From assembly GCA_965227095.1 (NCBI GenBank), contig CBDDFL010000001.1, positions 85,539 to 149,538 of the forward strand: a stretch of DNA of 64,000 nucleotides, written 5' to 3'. The notes under the pieces were generated by a model, which worked only from the letters and a program-made list of their open reading frames with translations, ran no database searches and was not told the origin of the DNA. This document shows positions 45,066 through 57,219 of the stretch, in pieces. How positions within the stretch are numbered: the stretch's first letter is position 1; each line of letters starts with the position of its first letter. The position numbers and the translations under genes are program-made. Source of the stretch: Alphaproteobacteria bacterium (GTDB lineage Bacteria; Pseudomonadota; Alphaproteobacteria; JANQMY01).

Positions 45066-46100
45066 CTAAGCCAAACGCGGGAATATTTTCTTGGCGTTAC
45101 CGCTTGCGATCTTGTCTCTGTCCGCAGCATTCAGCCCGTCAAACTTCGACACACCCGCCCAAGCCGCCACACTTACCGGCGGCGGTGCGAATGGGAAGTC
45201 GCTGCCAAACAGGATCTTGTCGCTGGGAACCAGATTTGTAAGCGCCCCGAGCGCTTGCGCGCCGCCTGACAAGGCCGTGTCGTAGTAGAAGTTTTGCAGA
45301 TAATGCAGAAACCCCTTCGGAAAGTTTGTCTTGGTGACCGGCAGCTGCTCCAAAAGTGACCAACGCCACGCCAGAAACGGCGCCGTGCCACCTGCGTGGG
45401 AAAAGATGAATTTGATGTTGGGATATTTTTCCGCCACGCCCGTCCAGATCAAGTTCGCAATAGCCCGGCTGGTATCGAACACAAACTCGGTGGCAAAGGG
45501 CGGAATGGTGAGCTGCTCGCCCGGCGCGCTGACCGGCACCGTCGGGTGCACGAATGCAACGGCGGAACGGGCATCCAGCGCGGCCATCAAGGCATCGAAT
45601 TTAGGATCGCCCAGATAGGTGCCGTCTGAATAGCTGGACAAAAGAACAACGCCATCCAATTCGAGCTGGTCGAGTGCAAATTCTGCTTCTGCAAGCGAGG
45701 CGTCAACCAACGGCATGGGCAAGACGGCGAAAACACCAAAACGGTCAGGGTCTTGTTTTACCAGAGACGCGGCGTATTCATTGCAAGATCTCGCCAAGTC
45801 CACGGCAGCCCCGTCATCGCCGAAATGCACGCCCGGCGCCGAAATGGAAAGGATGCCGGTTTTGATGTTTTGGCCGTCCATCATCTCAAGCGCACCGTCG
45901 GGTGTCCATTTAGGAAAATCGACGCCCCCTGCGCCGTAAATCCCCAGCTTCGCCAGTGCGGTCACATAGACATCCGGTAAAAAATGCTGGTGTACGTCTA
46001 TTTTTGACATGTTGGTGTTCCCTATCGCGGCGCCAGCGCCCATTGCTCCCATCGCAAGCGCGGCTGCGCTCGTCTTTATCATGGTTCTTCTGTTGATCAT
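45066..46100 (-). CDS. Amidohydrolase-2 family metal-dependent hydrolase with Tat signal
   Basis: Twin-arginine INRRTMIKTSAAALAMGAMGAGAA; IDVHQHFLP metal-binding start typical of PF04909. Confidence 0.75.
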   Translation of the reverse strand: MINRRTMIKTSAAALAMGAMGAGAAIGNTNMSKIDVHQHFLPDVYVTALAKLGIYGAGGVDFPKWTPDGALEMMDGQNIKTGILSISAPGVHFGDDGAAVDLARSCNEYAASLVKQDPDRFGVFAVLPMPLVDASLAEAEFALDQLELDGVVLLSSYSDGTYLGDPKFDALMAALDARSAVAFVHPTVPVSAPGEQLTIPPFATEFVFDTSRAIANLIWTGVAEKYPNIKFIFSHAGGTAPFLAWRWSLLEQLPVTKTNFPKGFLHYLQNFYYDTALSGGAQALGALTNLVPSDKILFGSDFPFAPPPVSVAAWAGVSKFDGLNAADRDKIASGNAKKIFPRLA

Positions 46101-46127
46101 CTTTCCCTCCCGGACTTCTTGTGGCCC

Positions 46128-46655
46128 CTAGTCATTGCTTGCCGCCAATATCGGAGGCATTGATTCCAAGGGGTGTTTACTGGATGGCGCTTTCTCGCGC
46201 CAATACACCTTGGACAATAAACCCAGCAACTGCCGCACCTCTGACTGGGAAAGCGCACTCCATTGTTCCCGATGCAGACTTTTTATATCTGCGGTGAGGC
46301 GCAAAAAAAGATCCCGGCCGCTTGGCGTCGCTTTAACCAGAACAACACGCCGGTCATATTCAGATGGGAAACGTTCTAGATGCCCTGCTTTTGTCAAACG
46401 ATCCACCAGACGCGTCACATCCGATGCCCTCGTGAACAGACCATCGGCGATCGCCCCCATGGGCACACCATTTTGGTGCTCGCCGTCCGAAAGACAGACA
46501 ATCCACAACACCGTGTAGTGCGCCATGGTGAGGTCTTGCGCCTTACAGACGGTTTCCACTTCGTCCGTCAGGCGCCCAGCCGCCAGGAACAAATTGATAA
46601 AGGTTTCGCGGCCGATCCGATCGATTTCCGGTTCACGTGTTTTGATTTTGGTCAT
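46128..46655 (-). CDS. MarR-family transcriptional regulator
   Basis: wHTH ...LTMAHYTVLWIV...GLFTRASDVTRLVDRL; 4-nt overlap with the upstream monooxygenase. Confidence 0.75.
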   Translation of the reverse strand: MTKIKTREPEIDRIGRETFINLFLAAGRLTDEVETVCKAQDLTMAHYTVLWIVCLSDGEHQNGVPMGAIADGLFTRASDVTRLVDRLTKAGHLERFPSEYDRRVVLVKATPSGRDLFLRLTADIKSLHREQWSALSQSEVRQLLGLLSKVYWREKAPSSKHPLESMPPILAASND

Positions 46656-48445
46656 GCAGCGTTTCTCAATTCATCCTTCCTCAAAACAAGAGAGAGAGCC
46701 TGTTGAAGCTCCGCCACGGGCGAGCCAGCGGCACCTAAGCTACGCCAGGCGACGAAGCGATCCGGCCTGACAAGCACAGCGCCGGCCTTGGATATCCCCC
46801 GTTGGCTCAGCCAATCACTTCGCTGGTCCAGATAGTCCCCACGTGCCGCCCCAATGGTAACTGAATCGAGCGGTATCTGCATCATCTCCGCCAGGTGTTT
46901 GGCCGCGTCCACCCAGGCACCTCCGTCTTCGCCGGCAATCAACAGGAAATGCCCAGGCCGCACGAGATCGAGCGTGGAGATGCGATCGGCGTCGTAAGTG
47001 TCCAGCCAAGCATGGGGCAAACAACTGCCGGGTTCCGTGTTTGCTTGATAAATCCGCCGCATGTCCGGCGAGGGCGGAAGCTCCCCGGCGCTGGGTACAA
47101 TGGCAGCACCTTCCGCCCGATAATTGTAGCCGTATTCCACATTGTGTTCCGCAAACTCCATGGTCTGCGTGTGGATGGCGCGCACCACATTCCGACGGAA
47201 ATCATCGTCCTCGGGGCGGTCACTCCACAGGCGCTTGAGGTTTTTCCAGTTCGCATCTGTTCCTGCATTTGGGCCAACTTGCATCGCTTCCGCTATTGCA
47301 GAATGATTAAGCGCGCTCTCAATGGAACAATTCACATTGTTTTGCACCACAGGTTTGCGTTCGACTTCATAAGACTCAAGAAGGCGATCGGAGGCCTTCC
47401 CGGTCAGAACGGCGGCCAACTTCCAACATAAATTGTGAGCATCTTGGATCGCGCTGTTTAGGCCCAATCCACCGGTGGGCGGATGCCGATGGGCGGCATC
47501 TCCCATCAGAAACACCCGGCCCGCCTGAAACCGTTCCGCCACCACACCTTCCAAGGACCACCGGGTGATCTTGTGGATCTTCACAGGATGATCCCCAATA
47601 CCTAACGCGTCTCGCATGGCGTCTTCGATTTGAGCATCATCCACCGCTTTCGGATCATCCATGGGATAATTCAGGTGAAACACCCATTCCTCGGAATGAG
47701 GCCCCCATTTTTCCGGCCCCATCGGAACCAACACACACATCACCCCTTTATGCGGCGGCCAAATCCATCTGATCAGCACCTCCGGGTCGCGCGCCCAGGC
47801 AGACAGATCCGCAGTCATGTGGATGGTCACTTGCCGCTGCAAGTCGCGAGGGCCTTCCATGGCGATTCCAAGAGCCGGGCCAATGGTTCGCCCTCCATCG
47901 CATGCCAGCACATATTTTGATGTTACCGTGTACTCACTGTTTTCGTTCAGATTACGGATTGTTGTTGTTACCCCGTCCTCATCTTGGTGGATGTCCACCA
48001 CTTCGTGAGAAAAGTGAATTTTGCCGGGTGCTAATTCTTCCGCTCGCTGCCGCAAGATAGGCTCCAGACGTATTTGCGGAAGATTTGTCGACGGGCACGG
48101 ACTTGCGGCGGCCCAATCGGGATTGGTGTAGCCCGCCCCCCAGGCTTCCAACTGCCCGATCTTACGCCCATAGTCTTCGTCATCTCCCGCAAGGCCTGCA
48201 TACCATGCGGATGCTTTCATGTTTTCGAGCGGCGTGCCGCGCGCGTAGATCGCGTCCGCGATCCCCACATCCTTCAAGATTTCCATGGCCCGTTGATTCA
48301 ACACATGAGCTTTGGGAAGGTCTGATGTTGAAGGGCGGGCATTCACCAGCCAGGTTTCGATACCCAATTGAGACAACAACATGGACGCGGTCAGGCCGGC
48401 ACCACCGCCGCCGACAATGAGGACGGGCACGTTAACGTCAGACAT
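46652..48445 (-). CDS. FAD-dependent aromatic-ring hydroxylase (PheA/TfdB/MhpA-like class A flavoprotein monooxygenase)
   Basis: VLIVGGGGAGL, DG motif region, GDAAHRHPPTGGLGLNSAIQDAHNLCWKLA; ~597 aa with C-terminal thioredoxin-like extension. Confidence 0.85.
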   Translation of the reverse strand: MSDVNVPVLIVGGGGAGLTASMLLSQLGIETWLVNARPSTSDLPKAHVLNQRAMEILKDVGIADAIYARGTPLENMKASAWYAGLAGDDEDYGRKIGQLEAWGAGYTNPDWAAASPCPSTNLPQIRLEPILRQRAEELAPGKIHFSHEVVDIHQDEDGVTTTIRNLNENSEYTVTSKYVLACDGGRTIGPALGIAMEGPRDLQRQVTIHMTADLSAWARDPEVLIRWIWPPHKGVMCVLVPMGPEKWGPHSEEWVFHLNYPMDDPKAVDDAQIEDAMRDALGIGDHPVKIHKITRWSLEGVVAERFQAGRVFLMGDAAHRHPPTGGLGLNSAIQDAHNLCWKLAAVLTGKASDRLLESYEVERKPVVQNNVNCSIESALNHSAIAEAMQVGPNAGTDANWKNLKRLWSDRPEDDDFRRNVVRAIHTQTMEFAEHNVEYGYNYRAEGAAIVPSAGELPPSPDMRRIYQANTEPGSCLPHAWLDTYDADRISTLDLVRPGHFLLIAGEDGGAWVDAAKHLAEMMQIPLDSVTIGAARGDYLDQRSDWLSQRGISKAGAVLVRPDRFVAWRSLGAAGSPVAELQQALSLVLRKDELRNAA

Positions 48446-48492
48446 CTTATTCCTCCCTTTGCTCGGTTTTGACTTATATACGTTGTCACATT

Positions 48493-48508
48493 ATTTGTTG
48501 CAACAAAT
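48493..48508. promoter_or_regulatory. Perfect 16-bp palindrome ATTTGTTGCAACAAAT upstream of monooxygenase-marR operon
   Basis: Read directly from sequence; about 50 bp upstream of the 48445 start; candidate MarR site. Confidence 0.4.
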
Positions 48509-48580
48509 ATTAATCCGAAAAAACGATCTCCATGACCGTTTGGCGCTAATTTTCTGTTGTAAACAGCTACTTAGGAAGGT

Positions 48581-49219
48581 TTAGAGGTAGCGGATTTTTG
48601 GTTTGCCGCCATAGTAGGTAAACAAAGGCGTCGGTGTGGATGCCGCATTGTCGTCCGCCAACCGCCGCTTGGTTTCGCCGAGCATAAATTCAGTCACATC
48701 GATGATGGGCAGTTTGAGCGCCTCATCAATGGGGTACCAATCCAACTCGTTGAGTTCGCCATTGCTGCGCAACGTGCCGTGCGTCGCCGCCCCGTCCGTA
48801 ATGAAGAACCGGGCGTGAAACCGGATGGGGCTTTCCGGCGGCGTGATCGCACGCCCGAGAAAAAACATATCCGCTTGGTCTGGCAAAAAAGGTAGATCAG
48901 TCCCGTCCGTTTTGGGTCCGATCATAAGACCCGTTTCTTCGAAGGTTTCCCGCAAAGCGGTGGTGGCAAGTATCGCCGCCTTGTCGCGGTTCGCCGCGCC
49001 ATGCGGGTGCATTTGAGCATGCGTGATCTTGGGCAAAGGGCGATCAATCGGGATCAACCGATCGGTCGCATCCATGCGGCCGCCTGGAAACACAAACGCA
49101 TCGGGAATGAAGGATGCTTTGGACGGGCGCTTGCCCATTAAAATTTCGACCTGTCCCCCGCGCCGCCGGTAAATGACCAAGCTTGCCGCGTTGCGGGGAT
49201 GGACGCGAGACGTGGACAT
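48581..49219 (-). CDS. NUDIX hydrolase
   Basis: Nudix box GGRMDATDRL...ATTALRETFEETGL. Confidence 0.75.
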   Translation of the reverse strand: MSTSRVHPRNAASLVIYRRRGGQVEILMGKRPSKASFIPDAFVFPGGRMDATDRLIPIDRPLPKITHAQMHPHGAANRDKAAILATTALRETFEETGLMIGPKTDGTDLPFLPDQADMFFLGRAITPPESPIRFHARFFITDGAATHGTLRSNGELNELDWYPIDEALKLPIIDVTEFMLGETKRRLADDNAASTPTPLFTYYGGKPKIRYL

Positions 49220-49233
49220 CAGCCGTGTCCGCC

Positions 49234-50676
49234 TTACCGTGGCAACAATGTGGAACCGGTCAGATATTCATCCACCGACCGGGCGCATTGGCGCCCTTCC
49301 CGAATGGCCCACACCACCAAGGATTGGCCGCGCCGCATGTCGCCAGCGGAAAATACTTTGTCCACAGATGTTTTGTAATCATCCGTATTGGCTTTCACAT
49401 TGCCGCGACCGTCCAGGTCGAGCGCCAGTTCCTTCACCATGCCGCCCTGTTCCGGATGAATGAACCCCATGGCCAGCAACACAAGGTCCGCGGGCAACTC
49501 AAATTCGGACCCCGGTACTTCTTTCATGGTCATGCGGCCATCGTCGCCTTTTTCCCAGGTAACGCGCACCAATTCCAGCGCGGTAACTTTACCGTCCTTG
49601 CCTTTGACAGATTTCGTATTCACGGCCCAATCGCGGTCACAACCTTCCAGATGCGAACTGGAGGTGCGCAGCTTCAACGGCCAATCGGGCCACACCAACC
49701 CTTTATTTTCTTTTTCCGGCGGCTGCGGCATGATTTCCAATTGGGTGATTGATTTCGCCCCATGCCGGTTTGACGTGCCGATACAGTCAGAGCCCGTATC
49801 GCCGCCACCGATAACGATGACGTTTTTACCGTCGGCCAAGATGGGCTGATTATCCCCGATCTGTTCACCGGCAACGCGCCGATTCTGTTGGGTGAGGAAC
49901 TTCATGGCGAAATGGACGCCGTCCAGTTCTTCACCCGGCACACCTAAGGGCCGTGGCACTTCAGCCCCGCCCGTCAGCACGACCGCATCGAAGTCGTCAT
50001 AGAGCTTCTTGATGTCCACATTGACGCCCACATGGCTGTTCGGGCGGAATTCCACCCCTTCCGCCTGCATCTGCGCCATGCGCCGATCAATAAGGTGCTT
50101 TTCCATCTTAAAATCAGGAATGCCGTAGCGCAGCAACCCGCCGATGCGGGCATTTTTTTCAAACACAACGATTTTATGGCCCGCGCGGGCCAATTGCTGG
50201 GCACAGGCCATTCCCGCCGGTCCCGAGCCGACAACAGCAACGGTCTTGCCGGTACGATGCTGGGCAATTTGAGGGACAATCCAGCCTTCTTCCCAGGCCC
50301 GGTCTACGATCGCGCATTCGATCGTTTTAATCGTTACAGGCCGCTCCGAGATATTCAATGTACAGGCTTCTTCACAGGGCGCCGGACAAATACGACCCGT
50401 AAATTCCGGAAAATTATTCGTGGAATGGAGAACATCGCTCGCCCGCTTCCAATCCCCCTGGTAGACCAAATCATTCCAGTCGGGGATAATGTTATTGACC
50501 GGGCAGCCATTGTGGCAAAACGGAATGCCACAATCCATGCAGCGCGCCCCTTGGGCACGGACTTCGTCTTCCGACAACGGAATAACGAACTCGTTATAGT
50601 TCTTCAACCGATCAGCGACGGGGGCGTAGACCCGATCCTTTCGATCGATCTCTTTAAATCCGGTTGGTTTTCCCAT
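49234..50676 (-). CDS. gltD: Glutamate synthase (NADPH) small subunit
   Basis: Fe-S Cys cluster [12 protein letters not shown], dinucleotide motifs [12 protein letters not shown] and [13 protein letters not shown]. Confidence 0.9.
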   Translation of the reverse strand: MGKPTGFKEIDRKDRVYAPVADRLKNYNEFVIPLSEDEVRAQGARCMDCGIPFCHNGCPVNNIIPDWNDLVYQGDWKRASDVLHSTNNFPEFTGRICPAPCEEACTLNISERPVTIKTIECAIVDRAWEEGWIVPQIAQHRTGKTVAVVGSGPAGMACAQQLARAGHKIVVFEKNARIGGLLRYGIPDFKMEKHLIDRRMAQMQAEGVEFRPNSHVGVNVDIKKLYDDFDAVVLTGGAEVPRPLGVPGEELDGVHFAMKFLTQQNRRVAGEQIGDNQPILADGKNVIVIGGGDTGSDCIGTSNRHGAKSITQLEIMPQPPEKENKGLVWPDWPLKLRTSSSHLEGCDRDWAVNTKSVKGKDGKVTALELVRVTWEKGDDGRMTMKEVPGSEFELPADLVLLAMGFIHPEQGGMVKELALDLDGRGNVKANTDDYKTSVDKVFSAGDMRRGQSLVVWAIREGRQCARSVDEYLTGSTLLPR

Positions 50677-50681
50677 GAACT

Positions 50682-53600
50682 TTACTCTCCTGCCACCGCG
50701 CTGACTTTTTGTGCGGGCGCGGCTTGCGGCCGGTCTTTCATTTCCGTCAAAGCCCGGCGATAATCCGTCGGGATCACTTTGACAAATTTCGGAAGATAGC
50801 TGTCCCAGTTATCCAGAATGTGACGTGCGCGTGCACTATCCGTGTACAGCATGTGTTTTTCGATGAGACGTTTTAACCGCGCCGCATCATGGCTCAACAT
50901 ATCTGCCGCGATGTCTGCGTCGGACACAGTTCCTTCGTCTCGGATTTTTTCCAGTTCAACCATCGCCGGATTGCACCGCTCTTTGAAGCAATCGTTTTCG
51001 TCCAACACATAGGCCAAACCGCCACTCATACCGGCGGCAAAGTTACGGCCTGTTTCGCCCAGCACCACCACGACACCACCGGTCATATATTCGCAACCGT
51101 GGTCGCCGACGCCTTCAACAACCGCATGCGCGCCGGAGTTACGAACGCCAAACCGTTCTCCGCCGACGCCTCGGAAGTAGCATTCGCCGCCGATGGCGCC
51201 ATAGAGCACCGTGTTGCCGACAATAATGTTTTCTTCAGGCTTAAAACTGCTGACCGATGGCGGATAAATCACCAAGCGGCCACCGGACAAGCCTTTGCCC
51301 ACATAATCGTTGGCATCGCCTTCCAATTCGAAGGTCACCCCTTTCGACAGGAAACCGCCGAAGGTTTGCCCGGCATTCCCGGTAAACTTCACATGCAAGG
51401 TCTCGTCACCAAGGCCTTCATGCCCATGTTTTTCGGCAATGCGGCCCGCCAGCATAGCCCCAACGGTACGGTTCACATTGGTGATCTTCGTATCAATGCG
51501 CACCGGCGTGCCATCGTTGATGGCCGGTTGGGCCTCCGCAATCAGGGTGTGATCCAGTGCTTTGTCCAGGCCATGGTCTTGACGTTCACAATTGTAGATT
51601 GCCACATCCGGCCCGACGTCCAACTCATGGATCAACGGGGCCAGGTTCAGCCCTTTCGCTTTCCAATGTTCGACCGCTTCACGCACTTCCAACTTGTCAC
51701 GGCGGCCGATCATCTCATCGAAGGAACGGAAGCCAAGCTGCGACATCAGTTGGCGCACCTCATTGGCCACAAAGGTGAAGAAGTTGATCACATGTTCTGG
51801 CTGGCCGGTGAACAATTTCCGCAATTCCGGATCTTGGGTGGCGACACCGACAGGACAGGTATTCAGATGACATTTGCGCATCATAATACAGCCGGCGGAA
51901 ATCAACGCCGCCGTGGCGATGCCAAATTCATCCGCCCCCAGAAGGGCGCCGACCACAACATCGCGGCCGGTACGGATACCACCATCCACCTGAACGGCGA
52001 TGCGGCCGCGCAACCGATTGCGCACCAGCGTCTCGTGGGTTTCGGCCAAGCCGATTTCCCATGGGCTGCCGGCACTTTGGATCGAAGTGATGGGGCTCGC
52101 CCCTGTACCGCCGTCGAAACCGGAAATGGTCACATGATCCGCATGCGCCTTTGCAACGCCGGCAGCCACGGTGCCCACACCAATTTCGGACACCAGCTTC
52201 ACACTGATGCGGGCCTCTGGATTCACATTTTTGAGGTCGTGGATCAGCTGCGCCAAATCCTCGATGGAATAAATGTCATGGTGCGGCGGTGGTGAGATGA
52301 GGCCCACACCCGGTGTCGAATGGCGCACCCGCGCAATCCATTCATCCACCTTGTGGCCCGGCAACTGTCCGCCTTCACCGGGCTTTGCACCTTGCGCCAT
52401 CTTGATTTGAATGTCCGACGCATTGACCAAATACTCCGCCGTGACGCCAAACCGGCCCGACGCCACCTGCTTGATGGCCGACCGCATCAGATCGCCTTTT
52501 TCGTCCGGTTGGTAGCGGGACGATTCTTCCCCGCCTTCGCCACTATTGGACTTGCCGCCCATGCGGTTCATGGCGATGGCCAAAGTGGTATGCGCTTCCC
52601 AAGAGATGGAGCCGAAGGACATGGCGCCCGACGCAAAACGCTTCACGATCTCGGACGCCGGCTCAACTTCATCCAGCGGCACGGGCGTGTCCGCTAATTT
52701 GAACTCGAAAAGACCGCGCAAATTGCGCAGTTTTTTGTCCTGCACATTCATCCGCTTGGAGAAGGCGAGATATTTGGCTTCATCGCCCGACCGCGCCGCA
52801 TGTTGTAGCAGGCCGATGGTTTCCGGTGTCCAAGCGTGTTCCTCACCGCGCAAGCGATAGGCCACTTCGCCCCCCACATCCAACGCATCGCGATAGATCA
52901 GAGCATCGCTATAGGCGATGCTGTGGCGCCGAACGGTTTCTTCGGCCACTTCCGCAAGACCCACACCATCGATCGCGCAATGGGTGCCGGTAAAGTAATT
53001 GTCCAAGAATTCTTGGCTCAACCCGACCGCATCAAAAATCTGGGCGCCGCAATAGGACTGATAGGTGGAAATGCCCATTTTGGACATCACCTTCAAAATC
53101 CCCTTGCCCACCGCTTTTACATACCGCTTGTGGATATCTTCCACGCTGAGATCACCGGGAAGGGACGCCTTCAAGGACGTCAGCGTGTCGAGGGCCAAAT
53201 AAGGATTGATCGCTTCGGCGCCATAGCCTGCCAGCAAGCAGAAATCATGGACCTTGCGCGCTTCGCCGGTCTCCACCACCAGGCCAACTTCCGTACGCAG
53301 ACCTTCACGAATAAGGTGATGATGCACACCTGCCGTGGCCAGTAAAGCAGGGATCGCCACGCGATCCGCGTCCATTGCCCGGTCCGACAAGATCAAGATA
53401 TTGCAGCCTTCGCCTTGGGCTTCTTCGGCCAACGCGAAGATCCGCTCAAGCGCGCTTTCCATGCCGGCGGCCCCTTCGATCGCCGGATAGGTGATATCAA
53501 TTGTCTTTGCACGGAAGGCATCGTCCAAATGATTTTCGATGCGGCGAATACGTTCCAAGTCGAAGTTCGACAGGATTGGCTCGCGCACTTCCAAGCGCAA

Positions 53601-55304
53601 TTGGGAGCCGCCCTTATCATGGTCCAACAGGTTCGGGCGCGGCCCGATGAGGGACACGAGGGACATCACCGATTCCTCGCGGATCGGGTCGATCGGCGGG
53701 TTGGTCACCTGCGCAAAACACTGTTTGAAATAGTCGTAGAGAACCTTCGATCGGTCGGACAGCACCGCGATGGGCGTGTCCCGCCCCATGGAGCCAATCG
53801 GGTCTTGGCCGCTTTCCACCATGGGCATCAAGAAAGTACGAATGTCTTCTTGCGTATAACCAAACGCTTGCTGGCAATCGAGCAAGGTTTTTGGATCCGG
53901 CGGCATGGGTGCCACTTCGGTCGGCAAATCTTCCAAATGGATCTGGGTTTCGTTCAGCCATTGCTGATAGGGCTTGTTGTTCGCAAGCTCTGCTTTCAGC
54001 TCCTCATCGTCGATGATGCGGCCTTGTTCCATATCGATCAGGAACATCTTGCCCGGCTGCAAACGCCATTTTTTGACAATCTTTTCCTCCGGAATGGGCA
54101 ACACACCCACTTCCGATCCCATGACCACCAGATCGTCGTCGGTCACCACATAACGGGCGGGACGCAACCCATTGCGGTCCAGCGTCGCGCCGATTTGGCG
54201 TCCGTCGGTAAAGGCGACAGCGGCCGGCCCGTCCCAGGGCTCCATCATGGCAGCGTGATATTCGTAGAAAGCGCGGCGATCTTCATCCATGAGTGGATTG
54301 TCGTTCCACGCTTCCGGGATCATCATCATCATGGCGTGGGACAAGGAATAACCGCCCGCCACCAGCAGCTCGAGCGCATTGTCGAAGGTCGCCGAATCCG
54401 ACGACCCATCGCCGATCAACGGCCATAATTTGTTGAGATCGTTGCCCAGGATCGCCGAGACCATGGAATGGCGCCGCGCCGCCATCCAATTGATGTTGCC
54501 GCGAACCGTGTTGATCTCGCCATTGTGGCACAGATAACGGAACGGCTGCGCCAGCTTCCACGATGGGAAGGTATTAGTAGAAAAACGTTGATGCACCAAC
54601 GCTAAGGCGGAGGTACAGCGCGGGTCCGTCAGATCCTTGAAATAGGACGGAAGGTTCGGCGCCAACACCATGCCCTTGTACACAATCGTCCGTGTAGAAA
54701 GTGACGTGATGTAAAAATCTTCCGCAGGCTGACCAGCGCGGCTTTTTGCGACGCGGTGCGCTTGCTTGCGGATCACGAAGAGCTTGCGCTCGAACGCATC
54801 TTGGTCCGGGGTATCGGCACCCCGCCCCACAAAGAACTGACGAATGATTGGTTCGTCCGGTTTGACGCTTTCACCCAGCACGGCATTATCCGTGGGCACA
54901 TCGCGCCAGCCCAGCATCTTTTGGCCTTCTTGCGCGACCGTGTCCGACACCGCTTGGGCACAAATTTCATCAAGCCCTTTTATCGGCGGAATGAATACCA
55001 GCCCGACGGCGTAGTCCCCTTCCGTCGGCAGGTCCATGCCTTTCGACGCACAATCTTCACGCAGCAATGTATCGGGCACCTGAATCAAAATGCCCGCACC
55101 ATCGCCCGCCAATGGGTCCGCCCCAACAGCGCCACGGTGATCCAAGTTCACGAGGATCTCTAATCCCTGCCGGACGATTTCATGGCTTTTGCGGCCTTTA
55201 ATGTTGGCCACGAAGCCAACGCCGCAATTGTCATGTTCCTTGTCGGCACGGTAAAGCCCGCCCGTCATCTGCTTGTTCTGTTCCAGCATTCCCACAGTCG
55301 CCAA
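50682..55304 (-). CDS. gltB: Glutamate synthase large subunit
   Basis: 1540 aa; N-terminal Ntn amidotransferase CGVGFVA, FMN/Fe-S central domain, C-terminal GXGG beta-helix. Confidence 0.95.
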   Translation of the reverse strand: MATVGMLEQNKQMTGGLYRADKEHDNCGVGFVANIKGRKSHEIVRQGLEILVNLDHRGAVGADPLAGDGAGILIQVPDTLLREDCASKGMDLPTEGDYAVGLVFIPPIKGLDEICAQAVSDTVAQEGQKMLGWRDVPTDNAVLGESVKPDEPIIRQFFVGRGADTPDQDAFERKLFVIRKQAHRVAKSRAGQPAEDFYITSLSTRTIVYKGMVLAPNLPSYFKDLTDPRCTSALALVHQRFSTNTFPSWKLAQPFRYLCHNGEINTVRGNINWMAARRHSMVSAILGNDLNKLWPLIGDGSSDSATFDNALELLVAGGYSLSHAMMMMIPEAWNDNPLMDEDRRAFYEYHAAMMEPWDGPAAVAFTDGRQIGATLDRNGLRPARYVVTDDDLVVMGSEVGVLPIPEEKIVKKWRLQPGKMFLIDMEQGRIIDDEELKAELANNKPYQQWLNETQIHLEDLPTEVAPMPPDPKTLLDCQQAFGYTQEDIRTFLMPMVESGQDPIGSMGRDTPIAVLSDRSKVLYDYFKQCFAQVTNPPIDPIREESVMSLVSLIGPRPNLLDHDKGGSQLRLEVREPILSNFDLERIRRIENHLDDAFRAKTIDITYPAIEGAAGMESALERIFALAEEAQGEGCNILILSDRAMDADRVAIPALLATAGVHHHLIREGLRTEVGLVVETGEARKVHDFCLLAGYGAEAINPYLALDTLTSLKASLPGDLSVEDIHKRYVKAVGKGILKVMSKMGISTYQSYCGAQIFDAVGLSQEFLDNYFTGTHCAIDGVGLAEVAEETVRRHSIAYSDALIYRDALDVGGEVAYRLRGEEHAWTPETIGLLQHAARSGDEAKYLAFSKRMNVQDKKLRNLRGLFEFKLADTPVPLDEVEPASEIVKRFASGAMSFGSISWEAHTTLAIAMNRMGGKSNSGEGGEESSRYQPDEKGDLMRSAIKQVASGRFGVTAEYLVNASDIQIKMAQGAKPGEGGQLPGHKVDEWIARVRHSTPGVGLISPPPHHDIYSIEDLAQLIHDLKNVNPEARISVKLVSEIGVGTVAAGVAKAHADHVTISGFDGGTGASPITSIQSAGSPWEIGLAETHETLVRNRLRGRIAVQVDGGIRTGRDVVVGALLGADEFGIATAALISAGCIMMRKCHLNTCPVGVATQDPELRKLFTGQPEHVINFFTFVANEVRQLMSQLGFRSFDEMIGRRDKLEVREAVEHWKAKGLNLAPLIHELDVGPDVAIYNCERQDHGLDKALDHTLIAEAQPAINDGTPVRIDTKITNVNRTVGAMLAGRIAEKHGHEGLGDETLHVKFTGNAGQTFGGFLSKGVTFELEGDANDYVGKGLSGGRLVIYPPSVSSFKPEENIIVGNTVLYGAIGGECYFRGVGGERFGVRNSGAHAVVEGVGDHGCEYMTGGVVVVLGETGRNFAAGMSGGLAYVLDENDCFKERCNPAMVELEKIRDEGTVSDADIAADMLSHDAARLKRLIEKHMLYTDSARARHILDNWDSYLPKFVKVIPTDYRRALTEMKDRPQAAPAQKVSAVAGE

Positions 55305-55717
55305 AACCCTATCTTGTCGCCTCAGAAAGCGGTCCTTTGGTCATCCAAATCACCGCCGCCAGCCGAGCCTCTCCAGAAACTTCCGCTCCCGTTGGACCGA
55401 CCAGCCGATCTCGTAACCCTCTGAAAATGCTTACGCATTCTCTAATTTTTGTTTTTCCGGTTGCCGATGAGACCGGTGAGCGGGCCGCGGCCAGTGTGCC
55501 GTTGCGCACACACTTTATCCAACAAGCCCAGTCCTTGCGCTTGTCGGCCCTATGCTCCATTTGTGTCGGGAATAACGCATCCCGAAGGGGCCTTATATCA
55601 CAAATTCAGAAGTGATACTGCTTCCTATTGCCCCAATAACGGCCCGTTTTCTGGGGCGACACCCCAAAAAACGTCATGAATACTGACCTAATCTAGCGAT
55701 TTTATCGCCGAAAACAA

Positions 55718-56662
55718 GTGCCACAAGACATAGCCAAAGCTCAAGCACCGAATTTAACCCGCCTGGCAGGGCGTTCCCCGCCCAGCGCCCCGACCAGCAG
55801 CGCCGCCCTAAGCCCCTCAAAACAAACACTTTTCGGGATTGGCCTGGCCGCCTTGGCTTTTGCGATCCTGGCAGCGGTGGACGCCATGGTCAAAACGCTG
55901 TCGGGCGATTATGTGGTGTTTCAGCTCACCGCCATGAGGGGTCTGATCGCCTGCAGTTTATCTCTGGCGATTCTCTTCTGGCGCCAGGAACACGCACAGC
56001 TACGCTCGCCGTTCCTCAAACTCCACCTTCTCCGCGGCGTCTTGAGCTTCGTCGCCGCCTCATCGTTCTTTTTTGCCCTGTCGCAGATGCCGATCGCCGA
56101 CCTCTATGTCATCGCCTTCACGGCGCCTTTCATGGTCGCGGCCATGTCCTGGCCCCTGCTGCGCGAACGGGTGGCGCACGGCACCTGGTGGGCCATTGGT
56201 GCCGGATTCATTGGTGTGCTGATTGCTTTTCAGCCAAGCGGCGTGACCTTTGGAACTGCGGCGGCCATCGGCTTCCTGGCCACTTTTTCCTATGCCATTT
56301 CGAACATCCTCATGCGCTGGGTCGGCCCCACTGAGAATCCGTTGGTGACGAGTATCTATGGCATGGGCGGAGGTGGCGCGCTGTCGCTGTTGGTGGCGCT
56401 GCCGTTCTGGGTGATGCCAAGCGTTGGTGACGCCTTCATGATGATTGGGGTGGGGTTGTTGGCAGGGCTTGGCTCAATCGCGTTGGCCGCGAGTTTTCGC
56501 TTCGCCCCCGCTGCGGTGATTTCCCCCATCGATTATTCATCGATCCTGTGGGGCGGATTTTACGGCTATCTCATTTTTGGCGATGTGCCCGGCGTGCCCA
56601 CTTTGGTGGGTGCCACAGTCATCGTTGCCGCCGGACTGTGGTTGGTCCGGCAGCACCGATGA
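55718..56662 (+). CDS. DMT-superfamily (EamA-like) transporter
   Basis: 10 TM pattern with two EamA-like repeats; the true start may be an internal Met. Confidence 0.65.
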   Translation: MPQDIAKAQAPNLTRLAGRSPPSAPTSSAALSPSKQTLFGIGLAALAFAILAAVDAMVKTLSGDYVVFQLTAMRGLIACSLSLAILFWRQEHAQLRSPFLKLHLLRGVLSFVAASSFFFALSQMPIADLYVIAFTAPFMVAAMSWPLLRERVAHGTWWAIGAGFIGVLIAFQPSGVTFGTAAAIGFLATFSYAISNILMRWVGPTENPLVTSIYGMGGGGALSLLVALPFWVMPSVGDAFMMIGVGLLAGLGSIALAASFRFAPAAVISPIDYSSILWGGFYGYLIFGDVPGVPTLVGATVIVAAGLWLVRQHR

Positions 56663-56668
56663 TCATTC

Positions 56669-57196
56669 TTAGTCGGCGCCGAACTGACGGATCGGGTCGG
56701 TCTTGCCGTCCCATTCGGCGTGGCTTTGTTCCAGAACCCCGAAGAAGGCGCGGACACCCGGATTGTCTTCATAGATTTCCACATAGCCGCCCAGATCCTT
56801 GCGCGCATCCATATAGGCAACGCGGCCCGTGGCCACCAGTTCCGTGATGGAGGGATAGCCCGCTTCTTCGAAGCGTTTCTTTTCCGCAGGGAAATCTTCC
56901 ACCAAGATCGCCCAATGGTGAAAGCCTTCTTCGCCCGGTTTATAGGCATGGCGATACACCGACGGCGTGTCGTCATTCTGTTGGATGAGCTGCACGTGAG
57001 CAGGCCCCACTTGACCGAAGGCATAGGTCACATCGACCACCGCCTTCTGACCCAAGAAGGTTGTGGAATCGATTTGCACATTTTCCATGAGGTAGAAAGG
57101 ACCGGCCCCGAACATTTCTGTCCACTTGGCGCAGGCCGCTTTTACGTCATTCACCACATAGGCGTATTGTTGGATGGGATGTTTGAGAAAAGCCAT
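56669..57196 (-). CDS. VOC-family (glyoxalase/bleomycin-resistance/dioxygenase fold) protein
   Basis: Paired beta-alpha-beta-beta-beta modules; start set at MAFLKHPIQQYAYVVNDV. Confidence 0.6.
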   Translation of the reverse strand: MAFLKHPIQQYAYVVNDVKAACAKWTEMFGAGPFYLMENVQIDSTTFLGQKAVVDVTYAFGQVGPAHVQLIQQNDDTPSVYRHAYKPGEEGFHHWAILVEDFPAEKKRFEEAGYPSITELVATGRVAYMDARKDLGGYVEIYEDNPGVRAFFGVLEQSHAEWDGKTDPIRQFGAD

Positions 57197-57219
57197 GGCG
57201 TCCTCCGGCGTTTGGGTTG

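Noticed and set aside
50889-54428. Long plus-strand ORFs (468 aa, 337 aa, 169 aa) inside gltB
   Set aside because: They lie antisense to a 1540-aa glutamate synthase with unmistakable domain signatures and have the Arg/Gly/His-rich composition typical of GC-rich shadow frames.
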